A DNA stretch of 60,100 nucleotides, filler included, from Hausera hauseri (Eukaryota), in assembly GCA_046269625.1 (NCBI GenBank). It is 10 parts of 10 records of this genome, joined end to end, with 100 filler letters (N's around TTAATTAATTAA, not from the genome) between each part and the next. Parts side by side here need not be neighbours in the genome. Positions count along the whole stretch, not along the records: positions 1 to 12,844 come from JBJURY010011122.1; 9 more parts are not named here. One strand, given 5' to 3'. Shown in pieces: positions 1 through 12,944 of this stretch. The notes beneath the pieces were generated by a model. It was not told the DNA's origin. It was given only the letters and a program-made list of their open reading frames with translations, and made no database searches. The first letter of the stretch is position 1; each line of letters starts with the position of its first letter. Both the position numbers and the translations under genes were made by a program.

Positions 1-2189
1 GAATAATTTTCAGATTTCAGAGACATTCTAGCATTGTAATCGTCTACTACTACCGCATTGTATTGCGCCACACATTTTCAATGATGTTTCATGTCGCGTT
101 AGTGAACACCACCATACACCCATTCCCCTAGTGCGCTAATATACGGATCTCACACGATGCGATTTTTAACGCACAACGCGTTTCGTGTTATTTTTCACCA
201 TCTCACAATGATGTGATCGTGAGGCGCTATTAAAATGAAACGCGTGCCACATGACGGGCTGTCTGACAGATTTCCATCACCGACGGACATGGACAAGGAG
301 GAATTTTTTGAGCATCAAATTTGCCCCTACGTTTTCCCCATGATCCTATGTTCGGACAAATTTGTAAGTGTGCATTCGATTCCTCGATATCGATTTCACC
401 CTTGTTCAGAGTATTAGTGTGCTAGCAGCCTGTGTCGCGTTACGCGTGGTACATTTCCCGTTTTGCTTTTTTGTTCTCTAGCTCCTCTCCTTTACATTTG
501 TGAGCTTACAGGCGATAGTAATTATTGCTTTACTTGTCACGCAATATATATTTCGCTTGCTGCAAATTACGTCTTGGCTTTGACGAATACAAACTTATTA
601 CCAATTGAAAATAAAACGGGTTCTTATAAATTACTTACAAATAGTAAGTAGCATATTCCAAACTTTTATTTCAAAAGTGAGATGACACTTCTACCTACTA
701 CGGCATGTCAATTGATCATGTGTGACCTGTGACTAGCTATTAAATTCCATAATTTGCTCGATGGCCAAAAGCGTTGGACATCCCTGATGTATGGTGTCCA
801 CCTAACCCTAAACGTAGTCCTAAATCATACTACGAAAGCATCAGTCCAAAACGTTGATTCAAGAAAAGTTTTCTCGATTTTTCTGTGCTGCAAAACTGAT
901 TTTTTGTGGATTAGATTTACGGTTAGGTTTAGTAATATGTTTGGAGTTGGATGGACATCATTGTGTTTTATGTTATAGGAGAATTATGTACAAGTGTATC
1001 ATGGTCAAATTTTACAATTTGTAGTTCATTTAAATAATAAATTTAAACAATGGAAATTACAAAAATGTTTAGAAATTGATCAAAGAAATATTAGATAATA
1101 ACAAAAAGGATCAGTGAAGAAAATCTTTATTGATATCACTGGGAGACGAAACGATATCAGTAAACCTGATACTGAACAAAAACTCCATTTTGACGGATGT
1201 CATAATACATACAAACAACACACATTGTAGTAAATCATTATATAAAAGAATGGATAAAATCGGAACAGAATATGTTGACAATAACCAATAACTGATCTTT
1301 CAATAGTAAAACATGATCACTCCAACAGATTTTAGTAAAAGTAATAAAAATTAATAAATGTTAAACAATCTATACAACTGGGAAAGTTATTCATTGATAA
1401 ATTAGGAACAAAATAGCATCGAATAAAAAATAAGAATGGCACATTATCATGAAGTAACAAGTCAGGCACTACTGCAAACTGACTGGATCGCAGCTTAACT
1501 TCTTACCAGCGAGAATACTTGATAGACTGTCCGGGAGACCTTTCAACTGTTCCTGTCAAATACTGCAATATGAATTATTGCATTAGTAAGATACATGCAC
1601 AAAATGCACAATTATATGAGGTCATGTTCAATTCACCCCATGATGTACCGAATAGTGAGAATAGTAGAATTTTCGCTACATTACAGAGTCATGATGACGT
1701 TTAGATAAACAAGATAAGTTCACTGTCAAAGTTTTACAAGCCTAAAAGTTTTGACTCTCACTGAGAAAAATATGAAGCATAAACGAAACGTTTCCAAGGA
1801 CAGAAGTCTCTTATCGGCACTTCTGGCATAAGTAATTCCAATATATCATGGTAAACTACTTGTCCAGGAATTTCATGCTGATTAATAATATGAAAACTAA
1901 GATTATGTAATATAGGCCTCTAAATGTTACGACATTTGCACTTCTTCAATTTTCTCCCAAACATGCAGAGGAATTTTCAAATTTCGCAAAATTTTCCTTT
2001 TACAATAAGGTCACAAATAAAATAAAATAATTTTCAATAAACTCAAAAATCGAATTACCCATTACAAAATATTCAGTACGCAGTACAAACGAAACAACAA
2101 TTTTAATTTGCCAACAAGATAGAATAAATAACAAAAATTATTAAACTCGATATAATAAACTAATATAAGATATTGCTGATTAATAATAA

Positions 2190-2459
2190 AATTTACAACT
2201 ACAATTTGCAGTGCTAGAAATGTTGGGCATATTTTAAAATAGAATCCGAATGCTGAATGCTAAAACGTCAAGTAAAACCAAAGCTGACACTCCATTTCAA
2301 AGAAGCACGTATAAAATTTGCTAGAAACTCCATGTCTTACGATGATAAGTACAAATATGGTAATAAGTGGAACACCAACGGTTCAGACAGATTCCAGTAT
2401 TACTGGCACCATTTGCATAACTATGCCGAATTAATAATCAGTCGAAATTTGGTGGTGGT
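2190..2459 (+). pseudogene. Tc1/mariner (Tc3-like) transposase fossil, 5' part
   Basis: Reads SARNVGHILK..KRQVKPKLTLHFKEARIKFARNSM..KWNTNGSDRFQYYWHHL..SRN(F)GGG. This resembles the Tc3-type pattern KPxLTxxHKxxRLxFA..KFNLDGPDG.xYWxDLR..RRNFGGG. Frameshifted and degraded. Confidence 0.8.
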
Positions 2460-5400
2460 TGTGGTTGTGGTTGTGATTGTGGTGGTGGTGGTTGTGATTG
2501 TGGTTGTGGTGGTGGTGATTGTGCCTGTGCTTGTGCTTGTGGTGGTTGTGGTTGTGTTTGTGGTGGTTGTGGTTGTGGTGGTGGTGATTATGGTTGTGGT
2601 TGTGGTTGTGGTGGTGGTGGCGGTGATTATCGTTGTGGTTCTGGTTGTGGTTGTGGTTGCGGTTGGGATTGCGTTTGTGGTACTCGTGGTGGTTGTGGTT
2701 GTGGTAATGGCGGTGATTATGGTTGTCGTTGTGGTTGTGCTGGAGGTGGCGGTGATCATGGATGTGGTTGTGGTTGCGGTTGTGGTGGTGGTTGCGGTGG
2801 CGGTTACGGTGGTTGTGGTGGTTGTAGTTGTGGTGGCGGTGACTGTGGTTATGGTTGTGGTTGCGGTGGTGGTGGTTGTGGTTCAGTTGGTGGATGTGGT
2901 TGTGGTGGTGATGGTTGTGGTTCTTGTGGTGGTTGTGGATGTGGTGGTTGTGGTTGTGGTTCTGGTGGTGATGGCGGTGATTATGGTTGTGGTTGTGTTT
3001 GTGGTGGTTGTGCTTGTGCTTGTGGTGGTGGCGGTGATTATGGTTGTGGTTCTGGTTCTGTTGGTGATGGCGGTGATTATGATTGTGGTTGTGATTGTGG
3101 TGGTGGTGGTTGTGATTGTGGTTGTGGTGGTTGTGGTTGTGTTTGTGGTGGTAGTGCTTGTGCTTGTGCTTGTGGTGGTTGTGCTTGTACTTGTGGTGGT
3201 TGTGCCTGTGCTTGTCGTGGTGGCGGTGGCGGTGATCTTGGTTGTGGTTGTGTTTGTGCTTGTGGTGGTGGTTGTGCTTGTGCTTGTGGTGGTGGTTGTG
3301 CTTGTGTTGTGGTGGTGGTGGTTGTGCTTGTGGTGGTAGTGGTTCTGGTGGCGGTTACGGTGGTTGTGGTTGTGGTGGTTGTAGTTGTGGTGGCGGTGAC
3401 TGTAGTTATGGTTGTGGCTGTGGAGGTGGCGGTTGTGGTTGAGGTGTTGGATGTGCTTGTGGTGGTGATGGTTGTGGTTGTTGTGATGGTTTTGGTTGTG
3501 ATGGTTCTGGTTGTAATTGTGGTGTTGGTTGTAGTTGTGGTGGTTGTGGTTCTGGTTGTGGTTCTGGTGGTGGTGGCGGTGATTATGGTTGTGATTGTGG
3601 TAGTGCTTGTGCTTGTGCTTGTGGTGGTTGTGCTTGTGTTTCTGGTGGTGGCGGTGATAATGGTTCTGGTTCTGATTGTGCTTGTGGTTGTGGCGGTGGT
3701 TGTGGTTGTGGTGGTGGTGCTTGTAGTTGTGGTTGTGGTGGTTGTGGTTGTGGTTGTGGTGGTGCTTGTTGTTGTGGTGGTGCTTGTGGTTGTTGTTGTG
3801 GTGGCGGTTACGGTCGTTGTGGTTATGGCTGTGGTGGTGGTTGTTGTGGATGTGGTGGTAGATGTGGTTGCCGCGGTGATAGTTGTCGTTGTGGTGGAGG
3901 TTGTGGTTGTGGTTGTGGTGGCGGTTACTGTGGTTGTGGTTGTGGTGGCGGTTACGATGGTTGTGGTTGTGGTTGTGCTGGTTGTGGTTGTTGTGGCGGC
4001 GATGTTGGTTGTGGTTGTGGTGGTTGTAGTGGATGTGGTTGTGGTTGTGGTGGTTGTGGTTTTTGTGGTGGTGATTCTGGTTTTTGTAGTGGTGGTTCTG
4101 GTTGTGGTGGTGCTTGTTATTGTCGTGGTGCTTGTGCTTGTGGTTGTGGTGGCGGTTACGGTGGTTGTGGTTGTGCTTGTGGTGGTAGATGTGCTTGCGG
4201 TGGTTGTGCTTGTGCTTGTGGTGGTGGCGGTGATTATGGTTGTGGTTGTGGTTATGGTTGTGGTGGTGGTGGTGGTGGTGGTTGTGGTTGTGGTTGTGGT
4301 TGTGGTTGTGGTGGTGGTGGTTGTGCATGTTCTTGTGCTTCTGGTGGTTGTGTTTGTGCTTGAGGTCGTTGTGGTTGTGCTTGTGGTGGTGGCGGTAATT
4401 ATGGTTGTTGTCGTGGTTGTGGTTGTGGTTGTGGAGGTAATGGTTCTGGTTGTTGTGGTGGTTCTGGTTGTTGTGGTTGTTCTGGTTGTTGTGGTGGTTC
4501 TGGTTGTGGTGGTTAGGGTTGTGATTGTGGTGTTGGTTGTGGTTCTGGTGGTTGTGGTTGTGGTAGTGGTTGTGGTGGCGGTTACGGTGGTTGTGGTTGT
4601 GATTGTGCTGGTTGTGGTTGTTGTGGCGGCGATGTTGGTTGTAGTTCTGATGGTGGTGGCGCAGATTATGGTTGTGCTTGTGCTTGTGCTTCTGCTTGTT
4701 GTGGTTGTGGTCGCGTTGGTGGATGTGATTGTGGTGGTTGTGGTCGTGATTGTTGTGGTGGTTGTGATTGTGGTGGTGCTGGTAGATGTAGCTGTGATGG
4801 TGGAGGTTCTGGAGGTGGTAGTGGTTGTCGTTGTGGTTTCGTTGACAGTAGTTTTGGTTGTGGTGCTAGTTGTGGTTGTGGCTGTGGTGGCGGAAACGGT
4901 GGTTGTGGTTGTGGTTGTGGTGGTGGTGGTTGTGGTTGTAGTTGTGGCTGTGGTGGCGATTACGGTGGTTGTGGTTGTGGTTGTGCTGGTTGTGGTTGTT
5001 GTGGCGGCGATGTTGGTGGTGGTTGCGGTGGTGGTGGTGGTTGTGGTTGTGGTGGTGCTTGTTGTTGTGGTTGAGCTTGTGGTTCTGGCTGTGGATGTGT
5101 TGTGGTCGTGGTAGTTGTGCTTGTGGTTGTAAATGTGGTGGCGGTTACGGTCGTTGTGGTTGCGGCTGTGGTGGTGGTGGTGGTTGTGGATGTGGTGGTG
5201 GATGTGGTTGCCGCGGTGATGGTTGTGGTTGTGGTTGTGCATGCGGCTGTGGTGGTGATGGTTGGGATTGTGGTTGTGGTAGTGGTGATTGTGCTTGTGC
5301 TTGTGCTTGTGGTGGTTGTGGCTGTGTTTATGGTGGTTGTGCTTGTGCTTGTGGTGGTGGCGATGATTGTCGTTTTGGATGTGGTTGTGGTTGTAGTGGT

Positions 5401-8400
5401 AGTGGTTGTGCTCGTGGTGGTTGTGCCTGTGCTTGTGCTTGCGGTGGTTGTGCTTGTGCTTGTGGTGATTATGCCTGTGCTTCTGGTGGTGGCGGTGATG
5501 GTGATCATGGGTGTGGTTGTGGTTGTGCTTGCGGTGGTGGTAGTGCTTGTGCTTGTGCTTGTGGTGGTTGTGCTTGTGCTTGTAGTGGTTGTGCCTGTGC
5601 TTGTCGTGGTGGCGGTGGCGGTGATCTTGGTTTTGGTTGTGTTTGACCTTGTGGTGGTGGTTGTGCTTGTGCTTGTGGTGGTGGTTGTGGTTGTGTTGTG
5701 GTGGTGGTGGTTGTGCTTGTGGTGGTAGTGGTTCTGGTGGCGGTTACGGTGGTTGTGGTTGTGGTTGTGGTGGTTGTAGTTGTGGTGGCGGTGACTGTAG
5801 TTATGGTTGTGGCTGTAGAGGTGGTGGTTGTGGTTGAGGTGTTGGATGTGCTTGTAATGGTGCTGGTTGTGGTTGTTGTGATGGTTGTGGTTGTAATTGT
5901 GGTGTTGGTTGTGGTTGTGGTGGTGGTGGTTCTGGTTGTGGTTCTGGTGGTGGTGGCGGTGATTATGGTTGTGATTGTGGTAGTGCTTGTGCTTGTGCAT
6001 GTGGTGGTTGTGCTTGTGCCTCTGGTGGTGGCGGTGGCGGTGATCATGGTTCTGGTTCTGATTGTGCTTGTTGTTGTGGTGGTGCTTGTGGTTGTTGTTG
6101 TGGTGGCGGTTACGGTCGTTGTGGTTGTGGCTGTGATGGTGGTGGTTGTGGATGTGGTGGTGGATGTGGTTGCCGCGGTGATGGTTGTCGTTGTGGTGGA
6201 GGTTGTGGTTGTGGTTGTGGTGGCGGTTACTGTGGTTGTGGTTGTGGTCGTGGTTGTGGTGACGGTTACGGTGGTTGTGGTTGTGGTTGTGCTGGTTCCG
6301 GTTGTTGTGGCGGCGATGTTGGTTGTGGTTGTGGTGGTGGTGGTGAATATGGTTGTGGTTGTGGTGATTGTGGTTTTTGTGGTGGTGGTTCTGGTTGTGA
6401 TGGTGCTTGTTATTGTCGTGGTGCTTGTACTTGTGGTTGTGGTGGCGGTTACGGTGGTTGTGCTTGTGCTTGTGGTGGTAAATGTGCTTGCGGTGGTTGT
6501 GCTTGTGCTTGTGGTGGTGGCGGTGATTATGGTTGTGGTTGTGGTTATGGTTGTGGTGGTGGTGGTGGTGGTGGTTGTGGTTGTGGTTGTGGTTGTGGTT
6601 GTGGTGGTGGTGGTTGTGCATGTTCTTGTGCTTCTGGTGGTTGTGTTTGTGCTTGAGGTCGTTGTGGTTGTGCTTGTGGTGGTGGCGGTAATTATGGTTG
6701 TTGTCGTGGTTGTGGTTGTGGTTGTGGAGGTAATGGTTCTGGTTGTTGTGGTGGTTCTGGTTGTTGTGGTTGTTCTGGTTGTTGTGGTGGTTCTGGTTGT
6801 GGTGGTTAGGGTTGTGATTGTGGTGTTGGTTGTGGTTCTGGTGGTTGTGGTTGTGGTAGTGGTTGTGGTGGCGGTTACGGTGGTTGTGGTTGTGATTGTG
6901 CTGGTTGTGGTTGTTGTGGCGGCGATGTTGGTTGTAGTTCTGATGGTGGTGGCGCAGATTATGGTTGTGCTTGTGCTTGTGCTTCTGCTTGTTGTGGTTG
7001 TGGTCGCGTTGGTGGATGTGATTGTGGTGGTTGTGGTCGTGATTGTTGTGGTGGTTGTGATTGTGGTGGTGCTGGTAGATGTAGCTGTGATGGTGGAGGT
7101 TCTGGAGGTGGTAGTGGTTGTCGTTGTGGTTTCGTTGACAGTAGTTTTGGTTGTGGTGCTAGTTGTGGTTGTGGCTGTGGTGGCGGTTACGGTAGTTGCG
7201 GTTGTGGATATGGTGGTGGTGGTTGTGGTTGTAGTTGTGGCTGTGGTGGCGGTTACGGTGGTTATGGTTGTGGTTGTGCTGGTTGTGGTTGTTGTGGCGG
7301 CGATGTTGGTGGTGGTTGCGGTGGTGGTGGTTGTGGTTGTGGTGGTGGTTGCGGTTGCGGTGGTGGTTGTGGTTGTGGTGATGGTGGTTGTGGTTGCGGT
7401 GGTGGTGGTGATGGTTGTGCTTGTGCTTGTGCTTGTCGTGGTTGTGGTTGTGGTTCTGGTGGCGTTGATGGATGCGATTGTGGTGGTTGTGGTAGTCGTT
7501 GTGGTGGTGGTTGTGATTATGGTGCTGGTGGTGCATGTGGTTATGGTAGTGGTTGTGGTGGTGCAGGTTCTGGTTGTGGTAGTGGTTGTGGTTGTGCAAA
7601 TTCTGCTTGTGGTAGTGGTTGTGGTTGTGGTCGTGGTGGTTGTTGTCGTCGTTGCGGTGACAGTTGTTCTGGTTGTAGTCGTCGAGGTGGTTGTGGCTGT
7701 GCTGGGGGTTACGTTGGTTGTGGTTGTGGTTGTGGTGGTGGTGGTTGTGGTAGCTGTTGTGGTGGAAATGGTTGTGCTTGTGGTAGTGGTTGCGCTTGTG
7801 ATTGTGTTGGTGGTGGTTGTTCTTCTGGTTCTGGTAGTGGTGGCCGTGATTATGGTTGTGGTTGTCTTCGTGGATATGTTCTGGTCGTAATGGTTGTGGT
7901 GTGGTGGTGGTGGATGTGGTTGTGGTGGTGCATGTGGTTGTGGTTGTGGTGGCGGTTACGGTAGTTGTGGTTGTGGTTGTTGTTGTGGTTGTTGCATTTC
8001 TGGTTGTGGTGGTGGTGCTGGTTGTGGTTCTGGTGGTTGTGGTCGTAGTTGTGGTGGTGGTTGTGATTGTGGTGGTGGTGGTGGTGGTGGAGGTGGATGT
8101 GGCTGTGGTGGTGTTTGTGGTGGTGGAGGTTGTGGATGCGGTTGCGGTTAGACTGGTTTTGGTTGTGGTGGTAAATGTGGATGTGCTTTTGGTGGTGGTG
8201 GTGGTGGTGCTTCTTTTTGTGGCGGTGCTTGTGGTTGTGGTTGTGGTGGCGGTTACGGTGGTTGTGGTTGTGCTTGTGGTGGTTGTAGTTGTGGTTGTAG
8301 CGGTGGTGATTGATGTGGTTCTGGTGGTTGTGGTCGTGGTTGTGGTGGTGGTGGTTGTGATTGTGCTGATAGTGGTGGTGGTGGATGTGGTGGTAGTCGT

Positions 8401-10990
8401 TGTGGTTGTGGTTGCGGTGACAATAGTTTTGGTCGCGGTGGGGTTTGTGGTTGTGGCGGTGGTGATTGTGGTTGAGGTGGTGATGGTTGGGGTTGTTGTG
8501 GTGGTTGTGTTTGTGATTGTGGTGTTGGTTGTGGTGTTGGTTGTGGCTGTGGTTGTGGTGGTTGTGGTTTTGGTTGTAGTGGTTGTCGTTGTGGTGGAGG
8601 TGACGGTGGTTGTGGTTGTGATTCTGGTGGTGGTGGCAGTGATTATGGTTGTGGTTGTGGTTGTGTTGTAATGGTGGTTGTTGTGCTTGTGGTGGTAGTG
8701 ATTCTGGTGGCGATTACGGTGCTTGTGCTTGCGGTTGTGTTGGTTGTAGTTGTAATGGCGGTGACTGTGGCTATGGTTGTGGTTGTGGAGGTGGTGGTTG
8801 TGGTTGAGGTGTTGGATGTGCTTGTGGTGGTGATGGTTGTTGTTGTTGTGGTGATTTTGGTTGTGATGGTTCCAGTTGTAATTATGGTGTTGGTTGTGGT
8901 TGTGCTGGTGGTGGTTCTGGTAGTGGTTGTGGTGGTGGTGGTGGTTGTGCTTGTGGAAGGTGTTGTGCTTGTGGTTGTGGTGGTGGTGGTTCTGGTTGTG
9001 GTTCTGGTGGTGGTGGCGGTTATTATGGTTGTGATTGTGGTAGTGCTTGTGCTTGTGGTGGTTGTGCTTGTGCCTCTGGTGGAGGCGGTGGCGGTGATCA
9101 TGGTTCTGGTTGTGACTGTGCTTGTGGTGGTAGTTGTGGTTGTGGTTGTGGTGGTGGTGATGGTTGTGGTTGTGGTTGTGTTGTGGTGTTGGTGGTTGTT
9201 CTTGTGGTGGTGCTTGTCGTTGTGGTTGTGGTGGCGGCTACGGTCGTTGTGGTTGTGGTTGTGGTTCTGGTGGTGGTGGTTGTGGTGGTGGATGTGGCTG
9301 TGGCGGTGATGGTTGCAGTTGTGGTGGTGGTTGTGGTTGTGGTTGTGGATGCGGTTGTGGTGGTGATTGATGTGATTGTGGTGGTTGTGTTCGTCGTTGT
9401 GGTGGTGGTTGTGATTGTGGTGGTGGTGAATGTGGTTGTGGTAGTGGTTGTGGTGGTGCAGGTTCTGGTGGTGGTAGTAATTGTGGTTGTCGTAGTTGTG
9501 ATTGTGGTGGTGGTGCTGATGGTGGATGTGGCTGTGGTGGTGGTCGTGGTGGTGAAGGTTGTGGTAGTGGTGGTGGTGTATGTGGTTGTGGTTGTGGTGG
9601 CGGTTACGGTGGTTCTGGTTCTGGTTCTGGTGGTTGTAGTTGTGGTTGTGGCGGTGGTGATTGATGTGGCTGTGGTGGTTGTGGTCGTGGTTGTGGTGAC
9701 AGTTATTTTGGTTGTGGTCGTGGTCGTGGTTGTGGCTGTGGTGGCGGTTACGCTGGTTGTGGTTGTGGTTGTGCTGGTTGTGGTTGTTGTGGCTGCGACG
9801 GTGTTTGTGGTTGTGGTTGTTGTAGTGGATGTGGTTGTGATGGTTGTGATTGTGGTTGCGGTGACAGTTGTTTTGGTTGTGGTCGTGGTCGTGGTTGTGG
9901 CTGTGGTGGCGGTTACGGTGGTTGTGGTTGTTGTGGCGGTTACGGTGGTTGTGCTTGTGCTTGTGGTAGTGGTTGTGCTTCTGATTGTATTGGTGGTGGT
10001 TGTGGTTGTAGTTCTGGTGGTGGTGGCAGAGATTATGGTTGTGTTTGTGCTTGTAGTTGTGATTGTGGCGGTGGTGGATGTGATTGTGGTAGTGGTTGTG
10101 GTGGTGGTGTGGTGGTTGTGCTTCTGCTTCTGCTTCTACTTGTTGTGGTTGTGGTTGTGGTTGTGGTGGCGTTGGTGGATGTGATTGTGGTGGTTGTGGT
10201 CATGATTGTTGTGGTGGTTCTGATTATGTTGGTGGTGGTGGATGTGGCTATGATGGTGCAGGTTTTGGTGGTGGTAGTGGTTGTCGTTGTGGTTTCGTTG
10301 ACAGTAGTTTTGGTTATGGTGGCAGTTGTGGTTGTGGCTGTGGTGGCGGTGACGGTGGTTGTGGTTGTGGTTGTGGTGGTGATGGTTGTGGTGGTGGTGG
10401 TGGTGGTTGTGGTTGTGGTGGTGTGGTTTTGGTTGTGGTGGTGGATGTGGTTGTGGTTGTGGTGGTTGTGGTTGTGGTGGTGGTGGTTGTAGTTGTGGTG
10501 GTGATAGTTGTGGTTGTTGTGGTGCTTGTGATTGTGTTGGTGGTGGTTGTGCTTCTGGTTCTGGTAGTGGTGGCAGTGATTATGGTTGTGGTTGTGGTTG
10601 TGGTTATGTTGTGGTCGTAATGGTTGTGGTTGTGCTGAAGGTGGTTCTGGTTCTGGTTCTGGTGGTTGTGCTTGTGCTTGTGGTAGTGGTTGTGCTTGTG
10701 ATTGTGTTGGTGGTGGTTGTGCTTCTGGTTCTGGTAGTGGTGGCAGTGATTATGGTTGTGTTTGTCGTCGTGGTTATGTTCTGGTCGTAATGGTTGTGGT
10801 GTGGTGGTGGTGGATGTGGTTGTGGTGGTGCTTGTGGTTGTGGTTGTGGTGGCAGTTACGGTGGTTGTGGTTGTGGTTGTGGTGGCGATGACGGTGGTTG
10901 TGGCTATGGTTGTGGTGGTTGTGGTTGTGGTGGTAGATGTGGTTGTGGTGGTGATGATTGTGCTTGTGGTGGTGGTTGTGCTTGTGGTGT
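2451..10990. repeat. ~8.5-kb degenerate trinucleotide (GTG/GTT) satellite with higher-order internal duplications
   Basis: The + strand is almost entirely G/T with period 3. Rare marker words recur: gcggttacgg many times, and tttcgttgacagtagttttgg at 4837, 7130 and 10293. Block 4321-4890 repeats at a constant offset of 2293. Confidence 0.97.
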
Positions 10991-11145
10991 TCGACTGATT
11001 TGAACTGCATAGAAAATTTATTGGGTATCATGGCTCGTCGAGTATACAACGATTTTAAGCAGTATAAAGGAGGAATTTAAAATACAAGGCAAGATTGAAT
11101 TAAAATTTTGTAAATTGGATGCAAGATAGAATTTTGCTGTTATTT
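10985..11145 (+). pseudogene. Tc3-like transposase fossil, 3' part
   Basis: W-CSTDLNCIENLLGIMARRVYNDFKQY from 10985 matches the WPxxSPDLNPIENxWG..RRVY motif. It is followed by NFVNWMQDRI(F)AVI, similar to LVxSMPxRIxxVI. Confidence 0.85.
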
Positions 11146-12844
11146 ATTTTTCTACATTTGTTTTCGTGTATTTTCTTTAAATAAATTGATATGCCTTTAA
11201 CCTTTCTTCATCCTCCCCTAAATTACTAATTTTACGTATATTTCTGGAAATATCTGGGTAGATAATCTGGTTTTTACAGACATTTATTACTTATTGATAT
11301 TTAATCATTATTTAATAAGTACACTTTATTAGAAATAAAAGTTACGAAGAATATTATAAAAACGTCCTTTCTTTTACTTCCCACCACCATTGTATGTATA
11401 AGTTGTCGTTCCACATGCCTTTAAGTCAAAGAATTAGAAGTCAAAACGTTCCTTGTGGCAACATTAAAACTTGGTATATTCAATAAGAGAGTCCAATGAA
11501 CTTTCGAAATTTATTAAATGGCTTAACAAATAAGATACGAAAGGCGAACTTTCCTACACCAAATTTAATAAAATTTTATCGGAATATTATTAACGATTAC
11601 AATAATTCAATTTTAATTGAAACAAAGAGAACACATTGTATACGTGTTCAATATTCCATACCATGTTACATTCAAAGTTACAAAAATTATCTGAATGTAA
11701 CACATATTAATGGATACACNNNNNNNNNNCAATGGTCAAATTGAACAATAGCTATATAAAAACCAAGACAATAAATATCTAGTAAATTATATACCTTATA
11801 ACGTATAATAATATTTACACACAACTGAATTGAACATTGATAATTGGTAACTATGCAACTATTACAATTCAGATTTGCTCATATGCAATGTGTCTTTTAA
11901 CATGTGTCACATTCAATGAAATTTGATAGTTTTGAATGTAAGACTTGTTACGAGATACTGCGCATTAAATTGATAAACTAAACCAACAATTATTTCATAA
12001 TTTTTTGGCAAAATTTTTTTCAAAGCTTTAATAATTTTCAGAAAAAGAATATTCTTAAATTTAATGTGCAGCAGGTCAACTTAGAACTCAACAACAAATG
12101 CCTTTCAAGGCCATCGAAGGTCACTCTTTTTCAAAATGTTGCAAAATAATTCAATAAAAATTATTTTCATCCGATTTTCAAAGTAATCGACAATATCATC
12201 AATGTACCTGAAGCGCCAGAAGATTATCTTCGATTTTCGACATTCTCTGCTCTAAACAAGAATGTTTCAATCGCGTTTCGGCATCTGTTTTGTAAATATT
12301 TGTGTCTTGTCTGAGTCGACCAGTATATTTGAGTTCGCTTTGAACAATCTTTAATCACTTATTTTTTATTTTTTTTAGTCAAAGTATTGTGTCTATCGTA
12401 TGTTCTACTACTAGGCTCGTGTGTTCACTGAATATACCGGCAGTCACAGTTGGAAAAGGGAATTTGCTCAACCTGTTTGATTCGTTAACATGGCTATTTT
12501 GTCAACTATAAATCGAGCGAGAGGGCGAAGAATCTATGTTTATCGATACTGAATGAGGATACAATGGCGGAAATATTACGAATCGATTTTTCTATTGTTA
12601 TGAAGGATGTCACTTAATGTGAACTGAAATAAGAGATGGAGTGAACCGATTGATGCTGTAACGGATATTATGATGTATGACAGAAGAAATACGTAATGAT
12701 TGACGCAACTGATGGTTTCTTTGTTGTATATTGACTTGTCATACAGAATGGGCGATAAACTGTAATTGATGGGCCATATATTGAGAAATTGACAGGGAGT
12801 GATGTGGACGAGAAGGTGAGGTAGAGAATTGGTATCTGACTGAA

Positions 12845-12944
12845 NNNNNNNNNNNNNNNNNNNNNNNNNNNNNNNNNNNNNNNNNNNNTTAATTAATTAA
12901 NNNNNNNNNNNNNNNNNNNNNNNNNNNNNNNNNNNNNNNNNNNN
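12845..12944. other. Artificial scaffold-joining spacer N44-TTAATTAATTAA-N44. Also at 16889, 21994, 26678, 31933, 38625, 42923, 47662 and 51802. N10 gaps at 11720, 23297 and 53192.
   Basis: Identical 100-nt pattern occurs nine times. TTAATTAATTAA places a stop in all six frames. Confidence 0.98.

Noticed and set aside
2451-10990. Telomeric or telomerase-added tract
   Set aside because: It is interstitial, has period 3 with no fixed telomere unit, and shows block duplications instead.
2257-11003. Long poly-Val, His/Asn, Trp/Leu, Gly/Cys and Thr ORFs as real proteins
   Set aside because: Base composition makes stops rare in these frames. Phase shifts occur about every kb and were duplicated with the repeat blocks. 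No start, signal or splice context was seen.
11380-11560. Possible M16 peptidase exons on the minus strand (SYLLSHLINFES..KGMWND)
   Set aside because: Similarity is too weak, the frame is interrupted, and no supporting exons were seen.
12889-12900. TTAATTAATTAA as a biological repeat or piggyBac target
   Set aside because: It is always centred in N44 padding, so it is an assembly linker.
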